Below, piece after piece: positions 9,585 through 21,904 of a stretch of 32,026 nucleotides of DNA. Position numbers and translations under genes: made by a program. The notes beneath the pieces were generated by a model. It ran no database searches. It worked only from the letters and a program-made list of their open reading frames with translations, and was not told the DNA's origin. Source of the stretch: Octopus bimaculoides (Eukaryota); the NCBI RefSeq assembly GCF_001194135.2, contig NC_068992.1:17214323-17246348 (forward strand), written 5' to 3'. The stretch's first letter is position 1. Each line of letters begins with the position of its first letter.

Positions 9585-10830
9585 ATGGAAAGACGAACAT
9601 TTAAAAAAAAAATAATGATGTCTCTGAAGCTTCTGACAAAAATAAGAGTTTATTTGAAACTTCGCTCAGCAATGACAATAGCAAAGACAACAATAGCCAG
9701 GCACATCTTTGTACACACACGCACGTTTGCAACCGTCGCGCCAAATGGGAATTCTGAGCTTGAGTATGTTCCTGTCAGGGACGCAAGTTCAGCAGGGTAG
9801 TAATACGAAAATGATCTCCCTTACTCGAAAATGTCTTTTCAAGAGCAATAACGGAGAAATTTGGTATACTTTTGCCTCACGAAAAAGTAAGGAGCCGTTT
9901 GTGTGCCCTCTAAAAGTGAATTGAAGCTGATACTATTGTCGTATGGGTCAGTATTTTGTCAAATGTACGATCAAGCGTATGGTTTTGTCCTCCTGTTTTT
10001 AGGGACTAAGAACGAAGCCGAGCGACAAGGTGGAGTGGTAAGAATTATATCAAGTGTACCACAGTGCATGGAACAACTCAGTATATTGATGAGAGTTACA
10101 GGTGTTGTAAATGTTAATCCTAGTACTTTGCCACCTTTGTGGTACGACATGGGCTGGTGACAAGGCATGGCATGTGGTCGATAAAGCTCAGTATAGGACT
10201 TGCAAGTTTTTTGATTTCACGAAGCCTACAGAGCTATTCCAGAACAGTGCGCAGTCGTGGACGCAGAAGGACGGCGAGATTAACGGTGCAGAGTAACCAG
10301 TCTAACTATCATACTCGTTGCAGGTCAAACCACTTGAAGGCCATCTGTCCTGAGCATCAAAAAAAAAAGACCTTTAGACATCTTGAGAAAAGACATGCAA
10401 CAACATTCTCAGCGTTAATCTGGAAATTTAAAGATGAAGGGATTAACTACGAATCAAATGGAAAATCTTTTCTAAAACCGAACCCTATGTTAACGGGCCA
10501 AAAAAGATGCTCTCTCAACCAACTATATCTTTTAACGGACTTAAAAGCCTCCAACGACTGCGTAAATTCCAGGAACGAGATTTTTTCATTATGCCTGCAT
10601 TTTAAGAAATACATTTAGACGGAATTTAAAGATAGACCAACAGACATATCTTAAACCATTCCCATCTGCTTTACGTATTTTAACATATTTTCGTTGTAAC
10701 GTTGGTTATCTATCCTGAGTTTTCCTGTTTCTTTCTGTCTTCTTCCTTATGATCCTTCCCTATACAAACGCCGTCTGCGTATAGTTTTAAAAAGAGACGG
10801 CATCGCAAGGTGAAATCAAAATTTGAAAAT
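9585..10830 (+). pseudogene. Possible decayed non-LTR retrotransposon ORF1-like relic
   Basis: Microsatellite-free, stop-riddled coding-like sequence with a degenerate zinc-knuckle-like segment (HTRCRSNHLKAICP) preceded by VVDAEGRR in another frame. Small stem-loop GCCGTCT/AGACGGC near 10770-10801. Confidence 0.3.
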
Positions 10831-12382
10831 CCTACAAGACTAGGTGAAAAGCACTTTATATGATTTATAAAACATGTGACATGTTAATAAAAATCTGTAA
10901 ATGTACAACCATCCAGATTTCTGAGTACCTTAATATTATATATATATATATATATATATNNNNNNNNNNNNNNNNNNNNNNNNNNNNNNNNNNNNNNNNN
11001 NNNNNNNNNNNNNNNNNNNNNNNNNNNNNNNNNNNNNNNNNNNNNNNNNNNNNNNNNNNNNNNNNNNNNNNNNNNNNNNNNNNNNNNNNNNNNNNNNNNN
11101 NNNNNNNNNNNNNNNNNNNNNNNNNNNNNNNNNNNNNNNNNNNNNNNNNNNNNNNNNNNNNNNNNNNNNNNNNNNNNNNNNNNNNNNNNNNNNNNNNNNN
11201 NNNNNNNNNNNNNNNNNNNNNNNNNNNNNNNNNNNNNNNNNNNNNNNNNNNNNNNNNNNNNNNNNNNNNNNNNNNNNNNNNNNNNNNNNNNNNNNNNNNN
11301 NNNNNNNNNNNNNNNNNNNNNNNNNNNNNNNNNNNNNNNNNNNNNNNNNNNNNNNNNNNNNNNNNNNNNNNNNNNNNNNNNNNNNNNNNNNNNNNNNNNN
11401 NNNNNNNNNNNNNNNNNNNNNNNNNNNNNNNNNNNNNNNNNNNNNNNNNNNNNNNNNNNNNNNNNNNNNNNNNNNNNNNNNNNNNNNNNNNNNNNNNNNN
11501 NNNNNNNNNNNNNNNNNTATATATATATATATAATATACATAGATATATACATACATATACATATACAGTTATATACATACATATGTATATATATATACA
11601 TACATATGCATACATATATATATATATATGTATAGGTATACATGTTAGTATATAGCTGTGTACGCATACATATTTTCATATATATACAAATGTACAAATA
11701 TATATATATATGCGTTATGTGTGTGTTGGCTGACTGTGTTCGTACACACACTCACACACATGCATTCACATATAAATGAACATATCTACATATACATTCA
11801 TATATACACACATACAGGCATACGCATATAAACACATATTGACATATTCATATACAAAAAGATGAATAGGTACGTATACACTTAGGAATATAGATATATA
11901 TGCATATATACATATGTATACTTGTTTGTGTGTGTCTGTGTGTGGTGTGTGTGTATGTGTGTGTGTGTGTACGGGTTTGTGAGTATGAATATGCATTCAT
12001 TCATCGTTTTCTATGCCGTGACAAACATCAAGTGGTAGTGCAATAAAGATATCAAAAAAAATACGGGAAATGAGCTGGCTAAAAGCCTAGAAACTACTCG
12101 CGTGAAAACATATTCAGTTGACAGCCAACGGACTGATTAGGAAATAGGCGTGGATCGGTAATCGATAAGGATAGTAAATATCATCTATTTCCTCTAATGC
12201 GAGATGAAATAAAAATGTATTTTCATTGATTTCATTGAAGGAGCTTATTGTTCGCTGATTGATTGCTTATTGATTAAAATTATTATATTATAGCCTGTTA
12301 TTTTTGATGTTTTGTTTGGCGGTAGAGGAAACGTTGTGCTTTCCTTTTAGTTAGTTGCAATATATCTTTTTGCATTTATGTA

Positions 12383-12424
<42 letters not shown>

Positions 12425-12492
12425 TATAGCTTTGTATGTGTAACGTATTTGCGTCTGTGTACGTATCTACATAATCATGCACATATATATAG

Positions 12493-12535
<43 letters not shown>

Positions 12536-13240
12536 TATTTGCATATATTTATATATATATATANNNNNNNNNNNNNNNNNNNNNNNNNNNNNNNNNNNNN
12601 NNNNNNNNNNNNNNNNNNNNNNNNNNNNNNNNNNNNNNNNNNNNNNNNNNNNNNNNNNNNNNNNNNNNNNNNNNNNNNNNNNNNNNNNNNNNNNNNNNNN
12701 NNNNNNNNNNNNNNNNNNNNNNNNNNNNNNNNNNNNNNNNNNNNNNNNNNNNNNNNNNNNNNNNNNNNNNNNNNNNNNNNNNNNNNNNNNNNNNNNNNNN
12801 NNNNNNNNNNNNNNNNNNNNNNNNNNNNNNNNNNNNNNNNNNNNNNNNNNNNNNNNNNNNNNNNNNNNNNNNNNNNNNNNNNNNNNNNNNNNNNNNNNNN
12901 NNNNNNNNNNNNNNNNNNNNNNNNNNNNNNNNNNNNNNNNNNNNNNNNNNNNNNNNNNNNNNNNNNNNNNNNNNNNNNNNNNNNNNNNNNNNNNNNNNNN
13001 NNNNNNNNNNNNNNNNNNNNNNNNNNNNNNNNNNNNNNNNNNNNNNNNNNNNNNNNNNNNNNNNNNNNNNNNNNNNNNNNNNNNNNNNNNNNNNNNNNNN
13101 NNNNNNNNNNNNNNNNNNNTATATATATATATATATATATATTAAAGTATATGCGAACATCCGGAATGAAAAGGAGGATGTGACAGATGAACGGGCAAAG
13201 AGAGTAAGACATTGACAGACAGACAGACATACAGAAAGAA

Positions 13241-13273
<33 letters not shown>

Positions 13274-13439
13274 AACAAACAGACAGACCGATAGACAGAC
13301 AGACAGACAGACAGACACACTAACGGTCAGAGTAAGGAGGGACCTTATATAGAAAAAGGTTTGTATTTAACTTTTAAAATATTTCTCCGATAAATAAATG
13401 TTTTTTAATTATAAATTACATTATTAATCGGAATTCTTC

Positions 13440-13920
<481 letters not shown>

Positions 13921-14259
13921 AACATACATATAGATTATACATTTTCTTTTAATATAAGAATGGGCTACACCTGACCGGAAGGTTTTTTAGGAAGATAGAA
14001 AATATATTTTCCACCACCGTATAATTAAAATGACCATTCTCTAGTAGCTTCTACTTGATAATCCATTATAAAGCACTTTCATATATTTTTTTTTCCTATT
14101 AACTGCTAACAAAAACCATGTATTGAAATGTTAGTCGTTTCATTATAGAAGGCAAAAGAATTGTGTCAAAAACGAAATGGTCTCAACGGCTTTCGGTTGT
14201 TAATGGCGGGAAAAGAAAATATGAAAATAAAAATCTACAGTTAAAGTGCAAAGAAAACT

Positions 14260-14280
14260 TTACTATTATTATTATTATTG

Positions 14281-14348
<68 letters not shown>

Positions 14349-14442
14349 GTGTTTCATTTTACTACCACTGCTTCTATTACTAATATTAGTGCTAGTGTTA
14401 GAATTTGCTTCTTTTTTTTTTACTGTAGCCGGTGGGATTATT

Positions 14443-14473
<31 letters not shown>

Positions 14474-14499
14474 TATTATGTTACTATATATTATTGGTA

Positions 14500-14555
<56 letters not shown>

Positions 14556-14565
14556 TTATTATCAT
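14260..14565. repeat. (ATT)n trinucleotide microsatellites
   Basis: Direct reading. Confidence 0.9.
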
Positions 14566-14893
14566 CGTCGCCATTTCCCTTTTGATAATGACCGTCCAAT
14601 GAAAGTAATCAAAAGAACTGTGTATAGAAATGGCGGCGTATATGCGCACAGAGCGGACATGTGTGTGTATGAGTGTGTGTGTCTGTAGGTGCGTGTGTCT
14701 GTATGTGTGTGTGTGTGTGTACGCACGTAACTGTATGTAGTGTCAGAGGACATTATCCAGATACATATATATATAAATATAAATAAATATATATATAATA
14801 TATGTGTCTGTGTGTGTGCGTGTGTGTATGTGTATACATATAATTATATATACATACATTTATATATACAATCACACATATATACATATATAA

Positions 14894-14943
<50 letters not shown>

Positions 14944-14953
14944 NNNNNNNNNN

Positions 14954-15000
<47 letters not shown>

Positions 15001-15775
15001 TATATACAGTCAAAGTTGTACATGTATATATGTACATATGCGTACACAGACACACATAAATACATACACATATGCATACATACACACGCAACACGCAACA
15101 CACATATACACACATAAGGAGTAGCCATTGTATTGTGATGATTATGTTTCAGGTCCGTCTAAGAAATATTAACATTCAGTGAATAAAGTGTTTGGGAATC
15201 GAGGCTTAGAGAGATGATAAACACACCAAGCTGTTCTGTTATGCTAATGTGCCGTGTTAGAGGTCTGTGTGTGTCCTATTGATACTGTTGCACTCAGCCT
15301 CACCGCGCACACACATACATACTAACGTATACATGTACGTATATAATTATTTATGTATACATGTATATACATGCATCAAGGGTGGCCAAAGTTGCTCAAC
15401 GTAAGAGCTGTATCCGATAAAGGGTTGCAAGACATGAACAAAATTTGGATTATACTTACGCTTATATTTGTGTCTGTGTTTATGCTCAGCGATTCAAAGC
15501 AAGAAAATATGTACAGGGGTTGATATGATTGTCCAAATATCTTCATGACAGTGCACCAGCTAGGCCGCTATCTAATGACTTAAACCAGCAAAATTAAACA
15601 TTATGATTTTAAGTGTTGTATACGTATTTTCTATGCATGCAAAGATATCTTTTCATGACTATAGCTTTTTTTTAACTGTCAAATTGTGTTTGTTTCAGAT
15701 AAAAGCGAGTTTGATGCGGTAATAAACTGCAAAAACATTTAAGAAAAATGTGCGATTTTGTATTTCAGTAACATG

Positions 15776-15816
<41 letters not shown>

Positions 15817-16014
15817 NNNNNNNNNNNNNNNNNNNNNNNNNNNNNNNNNNNNNNNNNNNNNNNNNNNNNNNNNNNNNNNNNNNNNNNNNNNNNNNNNNNN
15901 NNNNNNNNNNNNNNNNNNNNNNNNNNNNNNNNNNNNNNNNNNNNNNNNNNNNNNNNNNNNNNNNNNNNNNNNNNNNNNNNNNNNNNNNNNNNNNNNNNNN
16001 NNNNNNNNNTATAT

Positions 16015-16045
<31 letters not shown>

Positions 16046-16126
16046 AGAGAAAGAGAAAGAGATAGATATAGATATAGATAGATAGATAGATACGTACGTA
16101 CGTACGTACATACATACATACATACA

Positions 16127-16161
<35 letters not shown>

Positions 16162-16645
16162 GTGTGCGCGTGTGTGTGTATGTATGTATATGTGTATATG
16201 CATGTATATTCACTGACGAAGTGAAAGTAATAAACTTCATAACTCCAACTGTTATATTGGCCATAAAATTATGACACTCTCTCGCCAAATCACCACGCAG
16301 TTACAACAAAGAACAATTGTAATGAACTACACATGAAACAAAACAAAAATCTAAAATGAAAAACATTAGTGGACAACACATTTATACTCTACTCACTAAC
16401 AGATGATTAACGATAGAAACAATCTGGCTGAGCATAGGGCAAATATAAGCACAGATAATAAACATTAATCACAAGTGGACCTGACTAATGATGAATGTAT
16501 CTAACATAAGAATTCAAATTCCGCTGGAAATGTCTCCTACAAATTGTATATTATATACAGATATTTTTATGTAATGCAAACCTTATCTGATATGAAACTC
16601 AGTACCATGGGGAAATTGGCTTCATATATTTATTATATCAAATGC

Positions 16646-16976
16646 GAAGGCGCGTGGCTTAGTGGTTAGGGCATTCGCTTCCCGATCGTAAGGTCGTGAG
16701 TTCAATTCCCGGCGACGCGTTGTGTCCTTGAGCAAAACACTTTATTTCACGTTGCTCCAGTCCACTCAGCTGGCAAAAATGAGTAGTATCTGTATTTCAA
16801 AGGGGCCAGCCTTGTCACGCTATGTGTCACGCTGAGTCTCCCTGAGAACTACGTTAGGGGTACACGTGTCGGTGGATTGCTCAGTCACTTGCACGTTAAT
16901 TTCACGAGCAGGCTGTTCCGTTGATCGTATCATCTGGGACCCTCGTCGTCGTAACCGACAGAGTACTCCTACCTAC
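16646..16976 (+). mobile_element. Full-length tRNA-derived SINE, family C (CORE-like centre), with 11-bp TSD
   Basis: A box TGGCTTAGTGG, B box GAGTTCAATTCC, centre TGTGTCCTTGAGCAAAACACTTTATTTCAC resembling the CORE domain, and 3' tail shared with family A. ATATCAAATGC occurs at 16635-16645 and 16977-16987. Confidence 0.92.
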
Positions 16977-17013
16977 ATATCAAATGCTGACAGTTGCTGT
17001 TGTTTCTTTACTT

Positions 17014-17323
17014 CAGGGGTTCTCAACCATTTTTTTTATTGATGGATCCCTTTTATTACTATTTTATCCTGGTGGACCCCCATAGTCATTCAATGTTTAA
17101 AAGCTAGTTTTATAGAAACTTCTTTCAAAATTTCTATTTTGTTTTTCACTCATTAACTTGTGTAGGATGAACTATGTGAAATGTTAGAGAAAGAAACCTA
17201 ACTCTTTCTTGCAATACATACCAATACATAAATCTAAAGTAAAATCTTTTCGGGATTGTGTGGACCCTGCAAAATCTTATATGGGCGCTCAGAGTCTATG
17301 TGGACCCCAGTTGAGAACCACTG
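17014..17323. mobile_element. hAT-type MITE (310 bp)
   Basis: TIRs CAGGGGTTCTCAAC / GTTGAGAACCACTG. 8-bp flanks CTTTACTT and GTCTACTT match 6/8. Subterminal GTGGACCC repeats near both ends. Confidence 0.88.
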
Positions 17324-17366
17324 GTCTACTTGCTGAGTCTGAGGTAAATGACAGACCTTATTATAC

Positions 17367-17435
17367 CTGCAGATCTTCTGATGCTTCTGAGCTGGTAAAA
17401 TTGCTGCCGTTAATTGTATTGTTGGAGATCAATAC
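17367..17435 (-). CDS. Candidate 69-nt internal exon (VLISNNTINGSNFTSSEASEDLQ)
   Basis: Acceptor tcttttctacag, donor CAG|gtataa; only phase 0 is open and the exon is symmetric. No homology support. Confidence 0.3.
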
Positions 17436-17800
17436 CTGTAGAAAAGACATGAGCGGTGAGAAAAATGGCTAAGTTTCGTCAGACATTATAAAAATGAAGA
17501 AAATCAGACGATAACTACGAATCATAGCGAACGCGATTCAACTGAGTTTAGAAATAGCGTTGAACTTCCAGCCAGTGTAATATTGTCAACAATTCAAGTC
17601 GGTTCACACCAGTGGTTATAGCCATTAATACGGCAAAGGTATACAAACAATTAGTCGGTCGATTCAAGTGATCCGGAAGAACGGCACTTAACCAAAGCAA
17701 AATTATCACACGTATGTGCGTCTCATATTTTGGCTCCTTCCTCTATATCAGATCGACTGATGCAAATATCTGCCCCTGATAGATCGTATGAATTTATCTG

Positions 17801-17969
<169 letters not shown>

Positions 17970-18516
17970 TAATATCAGAAATAGCACCCATACTAACACC
18001 AACAGCACCACCACCATTCTTCAACCAATGGAGAACTTCACGAGCCGAGGGTGATACTTTTAAACGATCGCTCGACCTACTAGAAACAGTACGTACAACT
18101 TCCTCATATTACACCCCGTTGTCTTATATAAGGAAAAGATACTTTTGATAATGTAATTCAAGGTCCAATATCTGAAAGCCAAACTAAATGGTCACACATG
18201 AAACAATTTTCGAAATATAATCTCAGATATAACACAGCGTATCTGAGATTAGATTTCTGAAGGGTGTTACGACGAATGTTTAATATACATTTAAAGCCGT
18301 TGATCATATTTACCCTGATCTTAATTACAGTGTGTTGTATTACAATATTCTGTATGAGGCGAACAGAATATAAGCGAAGAGGCTTTAACCAAATCCGAAA
18401 ATACTCGTTCCGAAGATTGTCTGAGAGCCCTGACGGTTATAGATAGGGCTTATTTCACAGTCAAGTTATTTGATCTCAAATATATGTTGTATCAGTACTC
18501 CATGTAATATTACGTA

Positions 18517-18916
18517 CGGGGTGATATCAAAAGGTTCCGTGACTAGTTCTGTAGCGCGCCAACAGATCGCAGCACACTGTTACGTGTACAGTGAGAATTA
18601 GCAGTGGCCTTCATGAGGCAGTGTGCCGCGTGACATTGCTGTGTTTATTTCGTAAGTTGTGGAATTTGTGTTTTTGTGATCGTATGTATGATGTAGTCTG
18701 CGATTTTTGTCATGGACAGGAAGTTGGAACAAAGAGTCAACGTGAAATTTTGCGTTAAACTTAGGGAGTCTGTAACAAAAGCATTGAGCATGCTTCTGCA
18801 CAGCTTACGGTGACGGGGCAACGGGTCGTACGCAATGTTTCGAGTGGCACGGGCGCTTTAAAAGAGGAAGAATGTCCCTGGAAGACGATGAGAAAATCCA
18901 CCGACGAAAACTCTGA
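18517..18916 (+). mobile_element. Mariner 5' end with decayed N-terminal HTH transposase fragment
   Basis: TA + CGGGGTGATATCAAAAGGTTCCGTGACT TIR. ATG at 18712: MDRKLEQRVNVKFCVKLRESVTKALSML, frameshift, AYGDGATGRTQCFEWHGRFKRGRMSLEDDE. This matches the mariner N-terminal pattern EQRxxIKFCVKLG...AYG...CFEWHxRFKxGRxSLEDD. Confidence 0.9.
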
Positions 18917-18956
18917 ATGTAACAAACTTGTACACGTAAACATAAGTTGTATACAC

Positions 18957-19028
<72 letters not shown>
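18957..19028. repeat. (GTA)n microsatellite
   Basis: Direct reading. Confidence 0.95.
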
Positions 19029-19504
19029 CAACCACTAAAGTAATTTTCACGTAAAATAAGCGACAGACAAAATGTGACAAAACTAAGCCGTTAGATTAGA
19101 GTTACATTCTAAGAATCCTTAGAGTCTCCCACCCTGTTTTTGTCGATCCAACTTTCTTCATGGGACTTGGATCGATCAGAGAAGGAAGCATCTATTTTCA
19201 TCTCCAAAGTTGAAGTTTCTTCAATCGTATCATTGTCCTTTATCTCTGGTGGCTCGCGCTTTAATATGTTATGCAGTGTCTTAGGAGGATTGATTCGATA
19301 TCTTTAACCAACTACAGAAAACCAAATATCAGGACTTAGACAATGAGGCTCTTGTCAAGGGATGATGAATAGCCTCATTCCCGATTGAAGTTGGCCGCCA
19401 TGGCTTTCCAGCCAATCGGTGTGCTGTATATACGTATATACACATACATACATACATACATACATACATACATACATACATACATAAATATCCATATACA
19501 TACG

Positions 19505-19535
<31 letters not shown>

Positions 19536-19672
19536 TGTGAAATTGTAATGATCTTTGGACGATAACTGCTGAGGATTAGCAACGTCTTGTCTTGTGTGTG
19601 AATTTTCCGTTTGATCCTTCTGTTCATTCCTGTTCTAATTTTGAAACTATGTGTGTGTGTGTGTGTGTGTGT

Positions 19673-19704
<32 letters not shown>

Positions 19705-20313
19705 ACACATGTATATATACACGGAACTTCTTTTAAAAAAACAATTTTTTCAGCGTGTGTCCGTGTGTCTCACATTACAAACCGAAAACAGCAAAGAGAA
19801 AAATAGAAAGAAATCACTTTATAGACGATTGGATTGGTTTCTCCAGTGAAAGAAGATCCCTTAGAACAACAAATTTGATCCCGGTCACGTGATCGATTTT
19901 CTTTACATCTGTCCGTTCGACTGAATGTTTAACACAATGCAGGCTTACCCTCGCCTAGAATCAGTTCTTTCTTTGTTGTATTACACACATAAGCAGTCGA
20001 ATGTCTTTTGTCCCCAATGTTATTTTAAACCAATACTTCCAATCTTTTATCCAAATTTGGTTTGTTTGTTTGTTTTCATTTTCCGTGGGATTTTTGCTTT
20101 TTTTTTTCATTTTGTAGGGGGAGTTGGAAAAAAAAAGGTGGGAAGGGGGGTTTTCTACTTTGCTTTGTATGTACTTTTTTTATTTATATTTATATTTCTT
20201 CTGTTTATTTATGGACGTTTATAGCTACAGTGTGTATCCACGAACCGTTACATATACGATGGGTGAGAGGAAGATTTAAATAAAAATGAAAACCCACCTT
20301 TGAATACGATTTC

Positions 20314-20314
<1 letters not shown>

Positions 20315-20383
<69 letters not shown>
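20315..20383. repeat. (AAT)n microsatellite
   Basis: Direct reading. Confidence 0.95.
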
Positions 20384-20385
<2 letters not shown>

Positions 20386-20991
20386 CAACAAAGACAACAG
20401 AAACAGCGACTGCAGAAGCAACGAGATAATGAATGGCAAGTTAAAACCATTATATTTTGTATTATACACACACACACATCTATCTACTTACATATATATA
20501 TATATACATGTATATATATTGGTTTCTTGTTTGTTTGTCTGCGGGGTGGAAGAGGAGGAGAGGAGATTTTTTTTTTTTTTAAATTCCTTCTTTCAATAAG
20601 AAAGAGGTGAAGTTAAGTAGACAAAAATTTTGTCAAGTCGTATAAAAAGTACTTTCACCCGCTGATAGTTGCCAACCTCAGATTAAAGGCTTAATCAAAG
20701 TGACAATGGCGAAATAGGATTTTACTGTGTTTAACCAACAGATCAACAACGTATGTTCTTAGGTTTTGTTACTTTTAATCTGAATATTGTTCTGTATTTG
20801 GGGGCTTTTTAGTAGGGGTTTTTTTTTTGTACCTTCGCATCATTTAATCTATAGTTCTGAAGAAATTATTATTTTAATTTATTGTTAAGATCTGTTTGTA
20901 TTAGTAAAATACGTGTGTGTGTGTGTGTGTGTGTGTGTAAAGAGATGGAGAGAGACAAAGAGAGAGAAAGAGACAAAATTGTACCCAGCAG

Positions 20992-21343
20992 CGTTGAATA
21001 AAATATATTGGGGTAAAATCATCGCTCTAGCACACTCGGACGTGGAAGGACCTTCTGCTGCGGAGATAGTCCCACGAGGAAATTCTCCTCCTTGACGATA
21101 TGTGAGAATGACGCTATTGGATCACGGCATGCATGCGTTTCTGCGTCGGAACGCATCTTCAACTACGAACCCCAAATCGGTCATCCACTCATGATCCAAA
21201 AATGTCACTTACAGCCCCCTGTGTTTTCACACATTAAAGGGGAATTTTCTCCAGCAGTTACTTCTGCAGCTGAAGGTCTTTCCACGTCCGAGTGTGCTAC
21301 AGCGTGTTAAATATGATTTTACACGAATACATTATATTCAACG
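20992..21343. mobile_element. Non-autonomous element with ~100-bp terminal inverted repeats (MITE/fold-back)
   Basis: Left CGTTGAATAAAATATATTGGGGTAAAATCAT-CGCTCTAGCACACTCGGACGTGGAAGGACCTTCTGCTGCGG pairs with right CTGCAGCTGAAGGTCTTTCCACGTCCGAGTGTGCTACAGCG...ATGATTTTACACGAATACATTATATTCAACG. A degenerate extra right arm lies at 21577-21636. Confidence 0.8.
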
Positions 21344-21871
21344 TGGCTTCGTGCGATTTTATTTATCTAATTCTGGCTCGATCAAGCTTTATGCATATCG
21401 GCAACAGTTCGATATATTAGAATTAATTCCTTCTTACCTGGTCTGTGAAGAACAGATTTAGAGATTGTAGCTAACGATGCGAAAGAACACAGAGACGCGT
21501 CGTCCTACGATCCACTGACTTCATTCACAGTCCAATGTGTTTCCATACATGCCATCTTCAAAGATTGTCTTTTGGGGTTATTTCTGCAGCGAAGGTTTCC
21601 GCATGTCTCTGAGCGTGTTAAATATGGCTTTTACATGTGTGTGTGAGTGTGTGTGTTAGCAAATAATATGCTAAAAGAACTGAAGGCAGTCTATGTATGT
21701 GAGAGGAAGAGGGTAACCAACCTGCGATTTGCCAAGCTCACGGAAGTTTTCCTAGCTCCATTTGTGTAAGTGTTGCTGACAGTCACTTCAATAAAGTGAA
21801 ACGCCCTTTATTGGGAGACGAAGTGTGTCTCGCATTATGTGTTATCTTTAAAGCTATATACGTATACACAT

Positions 21872-21904
<33 letters not shown>

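Noticed and set aside
8500-10830. ProtoRAG-like RAG1L/RAG2L gene pair
   Set aside because: The two relics are divergent, whereas ProtoRAG genes are convergent. The plus-strand block shows no kelch-like pattern and looks more like a LINE ORF1, and no RSS-like TIRs were found.
19342-19419. SECIS element or H/ACA snoRNA
   Set aside because: The ATGA is Watson-Crick paired rather than in a GA quartet, and there is no ANANNA hinge or correctly placed ACA box.
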